A DNA stretch of 64,000 bases. It comes from Octopus sinensis. Lineage: Eukaryota. The position numbers were made by a program, and so were the translations under genes. Below, piece after piece: positions 11,925 through 24,755 of the stretch. The stretch spans positions 48,360,001 to 48,424,000 of the forward strand of contig NC_043014.1 in NCBI RefSeq assembly GCF_006345805.1, in the 5' to 3' direction. The notes beneath the pieces were generated by a model that was not told the DNA's origin, ran no database searches, and saw only the letters and a list, made by a program, of their open reading frames with translations. Every line of letters begins with the position of its first letter. The first letter of the stretch is position 1.

Positions 11925-12910
11925 CTATATGTCAGGAATTCTATAATTAGACATGTTCCATTGTAGCCACACTGTCTTTTATTCAGATATATCTATCTAG
12001 GACTACATTATCTTAATATGCCTTCTCTTTTCTTAAGATAATAGCAGCATGAGTTAGGGATATTTGAAGTGACCAAATGGCAGTTGGCTTGAGGTACCAG
12101 CATGTAGATGTGTACAAGTTGGTCAAAAAATCATTGATTACTTATAATGAGGAAGCGTGTCCAAAATAATAGGGTTACACTTCCATTTAATGATATAGAA
12201 AAGAGGGAGACATGAAAATGATACTGATTCCCTGCTGTGAAATCAATAGAAAACCAGCTGTAGGGGTGAAGGTCAGTTAGAAGATTGGGTATAAGTTAAG
12301 CACATGTTGATAAAAACAACTGTATGTCTGTTGGAATTATTTATTACTGAAAGCATCAGGTGGGTAATGTGAATCATTGATGAAGATAAATGATCCTTTA
12401 CAACAGTTTTCAGGGGCCGTTTATGAGAGTTGTCTTTAAATAGGATCAGAATAAGCAATAAACAGAAATTTACTGCAAAAAATGTCTGGCCATGGAGAAG
12501 TATTACTTTGCATGGGAAAAGGGGAGAGTTGGTGACAGAAAGGCATCATCATAATCACCATAAACCTTACTGGCACCTTTGCAGTTATTAGCATAGATAT
12601 TCATGTAGACTAAACAAAGAGAAAAGGAAACCTGTTTGGCTTTTGGGTATTGAAACATAACTCTTGTTTATGTTGTTGATGGTGGTAACAAGTAAAAGGA
12701 CTTCGAAACTGAATGTTCAAAATGTCAGGTTTTGTTTAAATTTTGGTAAGGCTACCTTCAGAAGACAAAGGCTATGTTGATTTAAGGAATATGTATATTG
12801 TTGGCTCTAGTTAATTTTTCACATTAAGTAGACAAGTGTTTGATATATTTCTGCTCTTAAATTGTGAATCATGAAACCTTTTGATGCCAACAATTCCTGG
12901 GCTTCTACAC

Positions 12911-13165
12911 CAGTGTTTCACAACCATTTTTTATCCATGGACCCCTTTGACTTCCATTTTACTTTGCTGGACCCTCCTTGCAAATAAATGGTTAAAATAT
13001 CCTATTACATTTTTAGAATTAAATATTAGGGATTATATAAAAAAAACAAACTTAAAATGTTTTGTGTATTGTAGAAATGTAAGCAAATTTATTGCGCATA
13101 AATTTTAACAGCAAAATATTATATAGACCTCTAAGAGCCATATGGATCCCAGTTGAGAAGCATGG
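12911..13165. mobile_element. hAT/Charlie-type MITE, family H
   Basis: Ends CAGTGTTTCACAAC / GTTGAGAAGCATGG; 8-bp TSD TTCTACAC/CTCTACAC. Confidence 0.75.
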
Positions 13166-13944
13166 CTCTACACAAAGTTCATCTGGTAGAAATAGCAGTC
13201 AAATTCCCTCAAATCAAACCTGATCATGTTAGAAAAGGATACTTCAGGTAATATTGTCCTGGATTTTGTGCATTGGTCATGGTCAGAATAGCTTTGATCA
13301 TATGATTAAATCCTGGAGTTGATTTCTATAACTAAAACCCCTTTAAAGTAATGCTCCAGCATGGCCGCAGTCAAATGACTGAAACAAGTAAAAGAATAAA
13401 AGAATATCTTTTCCCTGATTTACTACAGCTGTGTTGATTTGAGGGAGGTTTAGCTGCCATTTCTAGCAGCTTGAGCAACCATATAGAGGTTTCCTTTTAA
13501 CATTCAATTCACATTGTTTTGAATTAATCATGCATTATCTCATAGCTTTGAGATTTCGTTAATGTGATTTAGATTTTAGAATAATATTGTAGGGTCGGTG
13601 CAAAAGGCCAGATCTGACCAGTTTGAACACAAGACAGGTAGAATAATTGGGCCTGATATGGCCGGTTTAAATGTTAAATGCTTGAAAATTTCTGTACTCT
13701 TCCAAATTTAGTTCACTAATAATTCAGCACCCTTAATGCTCAAAATCATTTCAGGCACTTATTGACCCCTTGGACAGCTATATCAACCCTGATGGTTAGC
13801 ATTGACCATTTTACTGACCCCTGTTCTACACATATACATCATAACATGGGCTGGATGACATCTTGCTCAACAATTCACATTATAGTAAACGAAACCACTA
13901 AACTTTCTTGATCTGTAAGTTGTATTTTATAAGATAGGGCTGCT

Positions 13945-14112
13945 ATGTGGTCACTAGACTTGCTAGAAATAGTTGCCACTTTTCCATCAAATTACATTTT
14001 TGTTCTAAAAATTGTAAGACATAATGGACACTGTAGTCCTAGGTGGAAAGGACACCTCTGGAACCCCTTTCATCTTAGATCTCACTCAGGGTTGACCAGG
14101 GGCTAAACCACA
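13945..14112 (+). mobile_element. Family-I interspersed repeat (..TGCTAGAAATAGCAGCCAAAT..GACCTGGGGCTAAACAACAAC), probable retroposon
   Basis: Related decayed copies at about 13185-13335, 15680-15750, 24260-24450, 38690-39100, 42415-42520, 47050-47220, 50310-50440 and 53180-53305. Confidence 0.6.
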
Positions 14113-14279
14113 GCATAGGCCAACAAATGGATGAACAATGTCTATATAACATTACCTATTCTATATCCCAATTTGTAAATGTAGTATGTTATATGTCTCA
14201 AATAAACTGGTCACTGGGTATTTCTGACAGCAACAGTGACAAGGAAATGTCTGTGATACAAATATCTCCAAGGACTGCT

Positions 14280-14465
14280 CTCAAAATGCGTAGCCGTATT
14301 TCGTCTCCCGTTACATTCTGAGTTCAAATTCAGCCAAGGTTGACTTTGCCTTTCATCCTTTCGGGGTCGATAAATTAAGTACCAGTTACGCACTGGGGTC
14401 GATATAATCGTCTTAATCCGTGTTTGTCCCCTCTGTGTTTAGCCCCTTGTGGGTAGTAAAGAAAC
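14280..14465 (+). mobile_element. Family-A SINE, 5'-truncated, A1 tail
   Basis: GAGTTCAAATTC, core GACTTTGCCTTTCATCCTTTCGGGGTCGATAAATTAAGTACCAG, tail TTTAGCCCCTTGTGGGTAGTAAAGAAA. Confidence 0.85.
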
Positions 14466-15010
14466 AGATTTCAGCTTTTCTCACTGATATTTACATACTT
14501 TGCTTATATAAATATACAGTAACTAGACAGGCTTCTTTCTAGTTTCCTCTCTGAAATTCCAATCAGAGAGCATTGGTCAAGCTGATGTAGTTGAAGGCAC
14601 TGGCTCACAGTAAGCTTGATCCTGGCTCTACCTAGGGTTACAAAACAAACTATTTACATTCTGCAGAGAGGAAACAACAAAATTCCTGTAGCAGAATTGA
14701 ACTTGAAAACTAATGAATCATGAAGTACCACCCACTCTGCAATGCCAAACTCTCTCTTTGCAAGGCAAAAAAACGAACGTTGAAGAATGGAACAGGTGGA
14801 AGAGGCTGACAGCATGTCATTGTGACATGTAAACATGCAGCACCCCAGCCTCTCTCCACTGCAAACAACCATTGTTTACCTTCATGCTGCAGATTCAAAC
14901 AATTACTTGGTGCAATGTCCATCTGTTGTAGGAGATTTCAGTCCAAATATCTGATAATTTCATTTTTTTTTTTGTTTTAAATTGGTTAACATTATTATTA
15001 TTATTATTAA

Positions 15011-15520
15011 GGTGGCAAGCTGGCAGAATCGTTAAGCATGCTGGGTGAAATGCTTAGAGGTATTTCATTTGTCTTCGTGTTCTGAGTTGAAATTCCGCCA
15101 ACGTCAATTTTGTCTTTCATCTTTTCGGGGTTGATAAATTAAGTACCAGTGAAACACTGGGCTCATTGTAATCGACTGGTCCCCTTCCCCAAAATTTCAG
15201 GCCTTCTACCTATAATAGAAAGGATTATTATTATTATTACGGAGTGGTTGGCATTAGGAAGGGCACTGCGAGATCAGACTGGGCCTGGTGCAGCCTTCTG
15301 GCTTCCCAGGCCCTAGTTAAACTGTCCAACCCATGTCAGCATGGAAAGTGGACGTTAAATGATGATGATGATGATGATTTCACTGAGGTTGACTTTGTCT
15401 TTCATTCTTTCAGGGTTGATGAAATAAGCAACAGGTGTGCACTGGGGTCGATGTCGTCAACTGGTTCCCTCCCACCCCAATTTCCAGCCTTGTGCTTTTA
15501 GTAGAAAAGATTATTATTAT
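15011..15520 (+). mobile_element. Stack of family-A, family-D and family-A retroposons joined through (ATT)n/(GAT)n tails
   Basis: A copy 15011-15230, D tail 15241-15378, truncated A 15380-15512; each begins in the previous element's microsatellite tail. Confidence 0.75.
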
Positions 15521-16446
15521 TATTATTATTATCAACATCATCATCATCATAGCAGCAAGTTAACAGAATAATTAACACATCAAACAAAATGTTTAACAGC
15601 ATTTCTTTTAGGCCTAGTTCAAACACCACCCACAACTACGAACTAGTACGGCTACTTCAAGCCATTGAGGAAGTCTCTTTGTGGGTGTTTGATCTTCTAG
15701 AAATAGCAGTCAAATCAACCTCAAAGAACACCCAACCATCTTAAAAGGACATATAGGTTTGCATGTACATAATATTAAAACAAAAAGACAAAGCGAAACG
15801 CTTTTGATCGTATATCTGCTTAAATGACTGTTAATGTTTATTTCAATGACTAAATAATATAAATTATGTTGGAGTTGATGCAGTGTTTTAGATTGATTCC
15901 AGCCATTGCACTGGGGCCAATATATTTTCATAGATATGGTCAATGAGACTTGGTTTCAAATTTTGATATGAGGCCAGCAATTTTTCAAGGGAGGGGGCTA
16001 GTTGATTACATCAACCCTAAAGTTGTGTTCAACTGGTACTTATTTTATCGACCCTGGAAGGATGGAAAACAAAGTTGACCTTGGGAAAATTTGAACTCAG
16101 AACGTAAAGACAGACAAGATGCTGCTAAGCATTTTACCTGTTGTGGACCCAACTACTTGTACACAGGTACCTATTAACCTTAAAAGGATGACCTGCAAAA
16201 GTCAACCTGGGTAAGATTTGAACTTGGAATGCTAAAGCATACTCACCAAATGTTTTTGTCGTATGCTCTAGCAGTTCTCATTACCCCTTCACCTAACTCC
16301 ATTTTTTAATGTTTTGAACTGCTTCTAACTTTACAATGTATTTTTCAGCCCAACTGGTACAGATTGTACCCCTTCACCCAATATTCTATAGGGTACACAG
16401 TGGAATCACACACACTTAGTGTATCTACTTTTCACTGGGAGTTTAA

Positions 16447-16801
16447 GGGTAAAAGGGTAAAGACTCCCTTTGGTCATGCATGACCATGAGATTGCACTTG
16501 GAAAGTTACCCTCCAAGGAACAAGTCTGGGCAAGGTTGTTTATGGAAGACCAACAGTCACCTATGCATACCAGCTTCCCCTCTCCATACCACTTATGTTA
16601 TCTAAGGGAAAGGTAAGGGCCGATACAGTTTGGCACTAGTGACATTGCAACTCATTTCTACAGCTGAGTGATCTGTATCAACATGAAATAAAGTGTCTTG
16701 CTCTAGAACACAACACAACACAACACACAGCCCAGTCTAGGAATGGAACTCACTACTTCATAATTGTCCGACGCTCTAACCACTGAACCATGTGCCTTCA
16801 C
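16447..16801 (-). mobile_element. Family-C tRNA-SINE
   Basis: Diverged reverse complement of 6679-7024. Confidence 0.85.
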
Positions 16802-17344
16802 CAGGAAGTTTACTACATAAGAAAAAAGCTTTAATGATCACCCAAATTCCTATAAATATCTGCTTGATAATGTTTCACTTTCTGACAGTTCTGGAAAATA
16901 ATATTTCTGCTTATTCATTCATCATTCTCATCATTTAATGTCCACTTTTCCATGTTTGCATGGGTTGGACTGAGTTTATTGAAGCAGATTTTTTTGTGGT
17001 CAAATGCCCTTCTTGTCGCCAACAGTCACCTATTTCAAGCAAGGTAATATTTCCCCTATGGCCAGACATATTCTCGCAGAATATTGGAAACGAATGACAT
17101 TGCTTGTATGACATTGACACTCATTTATAATCATGTGATGTCAAAACGAGGAGTCAAATACACACACACTCACATATACGACAGGCTTCATTCAGTTTCT
17201 GTCAACAAACCCATATGGTGGGAAGCAAACTATGTGTGCATGTATATATAAATATATATACATATATGTGTGAAATTTGATTTAGTATTTCTAAATTGAA
17301 TTTTTCCTTGTAAGTTAGTAATATTCCCTCAAATAATTATTATA

Positions 17345-17377
<33 letters not shown>

Positions 17378-19167
17378 TGCATATATGCGTACATACATGT
17401 ATGTTTATATGTATGTAGATATATCATCATTTAATGTTTGTTTTCGATGCTGGCATGAGTTGGTCAGTTTGACAAATCTAGTGAAAGGTAAGACTGCATT
17501 GAATAGGTGTGTGTGTGTATACATATATATAAGTGTATGTATATATAATTTATGATTTTGCTTAGGTATAGTGATAGAAGTAATCACTTATTAGAACTCA
17601 AAAATATGCTTTAGAGTAAAGCATTAAGCAAGTACAGAGCATAAACTTAATGACTTGGGAATATGAATCATATAGTCAGCTTCATTACTTTACAGTTGTT
17701 TCTGCTGTAAAAAGCAATGTACTCAGAGCTGAGTGCTTGTGCAACATCCTTTAGCTTCTTCAGAGACATTTTATTGGCTCCAAGGTTGCTATAGGATGTT
17801 GCGCAAAAGTGATTACACAATTCCTATTCTCTTGTCACTCATTAATACACACATACATATAAATCCTCACGCACACACACTTATCATCGTTTAACATTCA
17901 ACTTCCATTCAACTTCCATGGGTAAGATGGTTAAGAGGAGCTGGCCAAGTAGAAGACTGCTTCAGACTACTTGGCAGGGTTTTTACAGCTAGATGCCCTT
18001 CCTAGCACCAACCACTCCTCAGAGGGAGCTCAGTGCTAATTTTAATTTCTTTTTTTCTGTTTTCTTTTATTTGTTGGCTTCTTTTTCACCTTGTTTCCTT
18101 TTCTTTTTTTTTCTTTGCTTCAGTCTAAAGATTTAAATCAGGTTCAAACATTTCACTGAGATGTTAGATTTAAATAGTTTTAAAAATGTATTTGTCAGCT
18201 TTTGTTTTTCACTTATTATTATTATTATTATTATTATTATGTAGTTACTTTGGGCGTGTCTTGAAATGAATAAAACAAGGCAAAGGGACCAAAACTAGAG
18301 CCTCAATGATAATATCAAATTTGTGATGTCATTTAGAATTTCGTAGCAAGCATAAACTTCCACAGATAACGAATGTTTCATTAATTAACCTCTTTTCGTT
18401 TCTTTTTTTTTTTTTTTTTTGGTCATATTTTGTTTCCTTGAAATCCTTAAAACATAGGAGTCCTGTCTTGTTGGTCTGTCTAACTTATCACGGTAGATAT
18501 TAAAACATGGGAAGGATTCTACTAATGAGGAGGACAATCACTTTGAATAATAATGGAATTGGTACAACAAAGGTGATTATTTGATTATCTTTGAAATTGT
18601 GGTGTGTGATGGAAGAAGGAGGTCTTTGAAGATCATTAGAATGATGTCATCATATCTGCCTTTCACCCTCCTTTCGCTCCCTTCTTCCCTCTTTCTCTCT
18701 CTCTCAGATCTGGCAGTGGGGTGGGGGAGAGGATGACAGCTTTCCCTCGCTCGCTAGAAGAGAGGAGCTGCCAGAATGGAGAAAGAAGTGGGATGATGTG
18801 TGTCAGTGTAGAGGGGAGTGTAAATGTGTATTTCTGAGGCTCAGTTTTAAACTCCCCAACTTCATATAAAACTGTCCCCCCCTCCTCTCCCCCTACCGTT
18901 GCACTAATTGTCAATGGGTGTTCGGTTGGGGTGTGGCCGCTCCGGGGAGGGGGGAGAGGGGGGGCTGTTGTTGTTTAGTATTGATCTCCACTTTTATGTT
19001 GTTTGTTATTCGAGTAAAGCCAACTAGAATATTCCAGGAACCATTTCATTATTCAACATAGCATCTATTCTATCCTTCAACAACCTCCACCGGCTTACAA
19101 CACACCCATTCTCCCTCTTCTTCATGAAGAAGCATATTAATTTTTATCTTGTTTTTCCTCTTTCTTC

Positions 19168-19201
<34 letters not shown>

Positions 19202-20104
19202 AGGAATGGTATGGCAACAGCAGAAGAGAGTAACTCCTTTCTCCAGTTGTTATTTCCTATATGAAATACCTCACTGATTACATTATTATCTCTGTTGTAG
19301 CCGTGTTGTTGTTTCTTCTAGATTCCGTTTTCTAACTTTTTTTCCATTCTTTACTTAGCAAAACTTTTAACTCTCTTCTCGCAGAACTCCTGTTAAAAAA
19401 AACTTTATTTAAATTTAAAAACGCCACAACTGAATTGTCATACCGATCGAGAGTAAATGTTGTAAAAAGTAGTTTTTCTCACATATGAATAAATAAATAA
19501 ATAAATATGGCGGTGCCCCAGCATGGCCACAGCTCGTGAGCTGAAACTAGATAAAATAAAAAAAAAAATAAAAATTGCATATCCGGTTTGTTTCGGTTTG
19601 TTGGTCCTTAATATTGGGATAATCTTTTCAGAAACTGGGGGAGGGGCGGGGTGGGTCGGGGGGCTCATAATTTATTTCTCTTTTACATGTGCCAAGCTAC
19701 AGCACATCAGCAAAATAGATTTCACTTTATTTGCATATAAGTCATTGAACAGCAATTCATTTCATTTTGAGATGATCCAAGTATGGAGGATTGATATGCC
19801 ACAATAATGGTGAAATATTGGGTTTTTATACCATTCTCAGTATCTGAAGCAAATTGTCTTGCCTGATCTGTGACATTTAGTGTTCTTTAACACTTAGTGT
19901 CATGTATGGACACTGTCCTGCAAAATTTGGCTTACATACAAAATATACACTATGTATGTGCGACTAAATAATTGGCAAACTGCAGTTCACAGAACTTTCT
20001 GGATGTTGTGCCTAACAGAAAATTACCTTAAATTTTTTGAGTAATGTCGTGGCTTGATGATGTGCTGTATATCATGCAACCCACATGTTGTATGTTTTAT
20101 ATTT

Positions 20105-20141
<37 letters not shown>

Positions 20142-20237
20142 TAAACACGGTAAGATAACAAAAGAAAGAAAGAGACCTCAATATTATGTAAATAGAGGAA
20201 TTTATCTGTAAAATAATATGTGACAATTATTTGGTAG

Positions 20238-20305
20238 CCAAGATAAAACTCTGAGTTTCAGATGCGGAGGTGGAAATCCACACCACCATCTCTTCGGTTA
20301 TCTGG
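20238..20305 (-). ncRNA. Candidate minimal type-I hammerhead ribozyme (Penelope-type) in a short (TA)n-anchored cassette
   Basis: Minus strand: CC-AGAUAA-CCGAAGA-GAUG..CAUC-U-GAAA-CUC-A-GAG-UU-UUAUCU. Stem I AGAUAA/UUAUCU, stem II GAUG/CAUC with an inner hairpin, near-palindromic stem III. Core has U4>C and one extra nucleotide before GAAA. Confidence 0.5.
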
Positions 20306-20476
20306 CCATCTCAATCCATATTCAATCCCCTCTTCTACAATTTGAATTAAGATACTATTGACTGATAATGTAGTGTCTAGAGCAGTGGTTCTTAATCAAT
20401 TTTGCCTATGGACCCTTTGATTCCTATTTTACTCAGATGGGCCCCTATAGCTATTCGATGTATATTTAAAAAATCC

Positions 20477-20516
<40 letters not shown>

Positions 20517-21302
20517 ATTTGAATTAGAAGTATTGTGGGTGTTGTAAACATTATCGAACACACATTGTTTTGAAGGATTTTTTGCATTTTGCATTAATGC
20601 AGGCTTATAAGTAATTTATTATTAAATATGATAATATAAATTATTTACATGTTTTTAAGTTACGAAACAATTTGTTGTGATATTGGAATTTTTTTTATTG
20701 TTAAATAAAATTTCATCAAATTATTTCTCTTTCATTTATGACTTATGTATATATAACATAGCTGTCACACACAAATGAATATGATTTGGTAACATGTACC
20801 TCGAACTAATTGTTTTAGGTACCATGTAATTACAAGTAGGCATTCCCACTCTTGACCCAGCCAAACCTGCAAAATGTAACTGTTGGAGGTAGAAGAGACT
20901 GCAGCAACACTTGGCCAGTACTTATTTAACTGCTAAATAGACAGGAGTAATATGAAATGAAGTACTTTGCTCATGGTTGCAAAATGCCACCTGATCCATG
21001 ATTGGATGAGCTTCTGATAATGAGTTAACACTGTGACCACTAGGGACATGTGGTTCCACAGACACACACAGATATTATATAAAATATATGGTACTTGATA
21101 GTTTATATAAAGGAGTTTCTCACCCCTGGTCTATTTAGTGGCTTTTATAAGGGAGTTTCTCACATTGTTGTAACCTGATAAACTGTGTTGGGTTGTTATA
21201 TGTTAACTGTTACAGTTAATGTGCAGGCTTTTAAGGGATACTCAATCCCCTCTTCTACAATTTGAATTAAGATACTATTGACTGATAATGTAGTGTCAAG
21301 AG

Positions 21303-21556
21303 CAGTAGTTTTCAATCAATTTTGCCTATGGACCCTTTGATTCCTATTTTACTCAGATGGGTCCCTATAGCCATTCGATGTATATTTAAAAAATTCTACT
21401 ATATATTTATGATTAAATATTATTAAGATTTGTATAAAAGAAATTAAAATATTTTGTACATTGTAGAGGTACAAGCAATTTATTGTATGTAAATTTTAAC
21501 AACAAAATCTTATATGGACCCCCAAAGGCCATTTGGACCCTCGTTGAGAACCACAG
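21303..21556. mobile_element. hAT/Charlie-type MITE, family H
   Basis: CAGTAGTTTTCAA ... TTGAGAACCACAG; TSD GTCAAGAG/GTTTAGAG. The 5' half is duplicated at 20383-20486. Confidence 0.75.
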
Positions 21557-24500
21557 GTTTAGAGATAGAAGTACCCATGGCTCTTTTCAGGGTTTTTGAG
21601 ACTGGCAAGAAGAAGGAAAACCTGGTTTGCATATTTACATTAGGTTAAACCCTGTAAATATATTCAAGGACTAGGTGGTGATGTTGAACTAGACCAGGAT
21701 GGATTAAGTCTACAACCAAGAACCCAGATGGTTCCTCTGATGAACTTCCATACAATTTTTGTTTACAAAATTTCAAGTCTGTGCTTGACTTGTGGATTTG
21801 GTAGAAGAAACTTGCTCAAGGCTCTACTCACATGATGTGAAACCTTACCCATTTTAGTTTCATGTAAGAACCTTTCTTCCATTTGTGTTCTAAATACTAG
21901 GTTAATAATGACAAAGTTGGTTAGTTTATTACAATTCCTCCAAATTCCTGATTATTTGCATAATTAATATACATTGTGTTTCATTAGAAATATGGTTATA
22001 GAAGGTTAATCTAATTAAGTCTTAAATGTTGATCTCCAAAATGCTTAGTATTTTTCGTTATGCTTAGCCACATACACACACACACACAAATTATGGACTC
22101 CTAGAAACAGTTGATGTCATAGATTGCTTTTAATTAGTCATTAGTAACTGAGTCTGTTGATCACAGGTTTTACTTCTTTCCGTTTAAATGATGATACAAC
22201 CAAGTAATATATACAGATAATAGATACAGACATCTGATCATGTCTTAAATACAAAACTCACAAATAAGGAAAGGACTAAAACCTATAATCAACACTCAGC
22301 TATTAATGATTCTAATTAAAAACAATCTATGTCATCAGTTGTTTCTAGGAGTCTGTAATTTGTATATATGTATTACATAGTTGTATATGTAAGTATATAG
22401 TACATGGTTGTATATATATCTGTATATAATGTATATATATTGTTGTATATATGTATATATATATGTGTGTGTGTGTATATATATATATACACATACATAC
22501 ATATATATGTATATAGTTGTGTCTGTATAATATATAAATATATATATTACATGTTTGTATGTGTATATACATATGTTACATGGTTTTATATATTTATGTA
22601 TTATATAGTGGTATACACTTATGTATTACATGGTTAAATATATACATCTAATACATAGTTAGATATCTATGCCCAGATGTCTGTTTATATGTTGTATCTG
22701 TGACATGTCCAGATGTTCGAATCTCCAGATGTTGTTATAGGACCAGATGTCTAATTACAAAATATGTTTCTAATAATCCCTGTTACATGTAACTTGTAAA
22801 GACAAGAAATAGAATAAGTCTATGCCCTGCACACACACTCTGCCTCTCCCCTCACAATTTATCTTCCTTACACCTCCGCCCGCTACCCCGTGTGCATTAC
22901 TCACTGAATCCCCCTCCCCTTTGCCTCCCACTCTCCTTTTGCACTCATGCGAACTTACCTGACCACTAACCGTATCCAGTCCTCTCCCATTCACTTGTTA
23001 CTTGAAGGTATGCTCCAACAGCTCTTTCTCTTTTTATAACTGGGTCAGCCATGTATCTCCTCTACTGCGAGAGATACCTGTTTCTGTCCTATCATACTCT
23101 AACCTCATCACCTGGCACAAAACCACCCCCAACCCAATGCTACTACCCTCCTCCACCAGTTGAGCGATCTTGTCTTGCAAGTTACTTGGTGACCTTACTG
23201 GTGCTGTTGCTACATAAAAACCACTCAGAACACACTGTAAAGTGGTTGGCATAAGGAATGGTATCCAGCCATAGAAACCATGCCAAAGCTGACAGCAGAG
23301 CTTGGCACATTCTCCTGGTTCACTAGCTCCTGTCGAACCATTCAGCTTGTACCAGAAGCAGACATTAAATGATGATGATGATTATTTTAACTACAGATAA
23401 TATAACTTATTGCTGATTGAGATTATCTACATTTTAAAGTTTATGTAAGGCCTCCCCACATCACTCATCTTCTTTCTCTGACACTGGTCAAGCAGGCCTG
23501 TGTTGTTATCTTTTTCTTCCCTCCTGTCTCTCACCATCTCCATCTCCATACCTATATTTCACCCACTCCTTATTTTATTCCTGTTTCCATTGTTGAACCA
23601 ATTTGTTCTTTCAATTCACTTTACATTTCTACAAACCACTATGAACTTTTAGGTTTGTAACTTAGTTTCTAACCTGAGCAAAAAGCCTGAAACTTAGGAG
23701 CAGGGGTTTAGTCCATTACTCTGTATCAATCCTCAGGGGAGGGAAAGACAAAGTTTAGGTTGAGGTTAACAGGGATTGAACTTGATATTTCTGCTTAACT
23801 TCATAATTGTCCACAGTTTGTTTCTTAGAACCCTTCATTTTCTTATCTTCTCCCCAGCATTTTCTACCAAATTTCACTTACAAGGCTTTGACAATAAATA
23901 CTCACCCAAGGTTATCTGCAGTACAATTGAAACTGAATCCATGTAGTTGTGAAGCAAATTTTTTAACCAAGCAGTTATACTTACACCTATAAATACAGGT
24001 TTAATTTCTAGTTTTACCGGTCTTTTTAGACTGTGTGTACTTACCACCACCACAACCACCTTTACTGACCATGTATGATTGACATTCTAGCAGAACTCTA
24101 TGGTCAAGTGTAGTAATGTTATATAGGTGACCACCCCCAAGCTAGAACATTCAGTAGACCACTCCTCAGTTAACCGGGACAGCTTTCCTTGCAGATTGAG
24201 GCCAATATATTTATGTCACTGACACAAATGTAACATGAACCAAGAAGTAAACCTCTGTTGTGGTTACTTGACATGCTAAAAATAACAACCAAATCTGTCA
24301 TCACAAACGCTGTCTTAAAAAAAAGTCACCATGGATAATGTAACAACCTGACACATACACACACACATAAAATTATAGGGCAGTCATGTCTGGAATAACT
24401 TTTACTAAGTCTGCTCAGTCAGAGCTGACCTAAGCCAAAAAACAACAAGGATTTTCTACTCTTCATCTCTCTTTGTTAAAAACACAAGGACCCTTGTGCC

Positions 24501-24663
24501 AAACCAACAGGAATCAATATTGACTGTTTTGTGTGTTATTTAAAGAGAATCTCTTTGTCCTGAGAAAACAAAGTTCCTCACAAACACCAGTCATTATCAT
24601 CGATACGTTGATATATTATATATACCAACTATAGAGAGCAGTCACCGTATTTCAGTCCATATT

Positions 24664-24755
24664 GGCTACCTCTGATGAGCATAGGGTTATATGATCAGAT
24701 TGTTACCTAACGCTCCATTGTACCCCTAGCACGAAACCAATTGGTAAGATCAGCT
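24664..24755 (+). ncRNA. Candidate type-I hammerhead ribozyme (Penelope-type)
   Basis: GGCUACCU-CUGAUGA-G..UAGGG....CCCUAGCAC-GAAA-CCAAUUGG-UA-AGAUCAGCU. Exact core CUGAUGA (24672-24678) and GAAA (24733-24736), palindromic stem III ACCAAUUGGU, GUA cleavage triplet; stems I and II imperfect. Confidence 0.55.
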
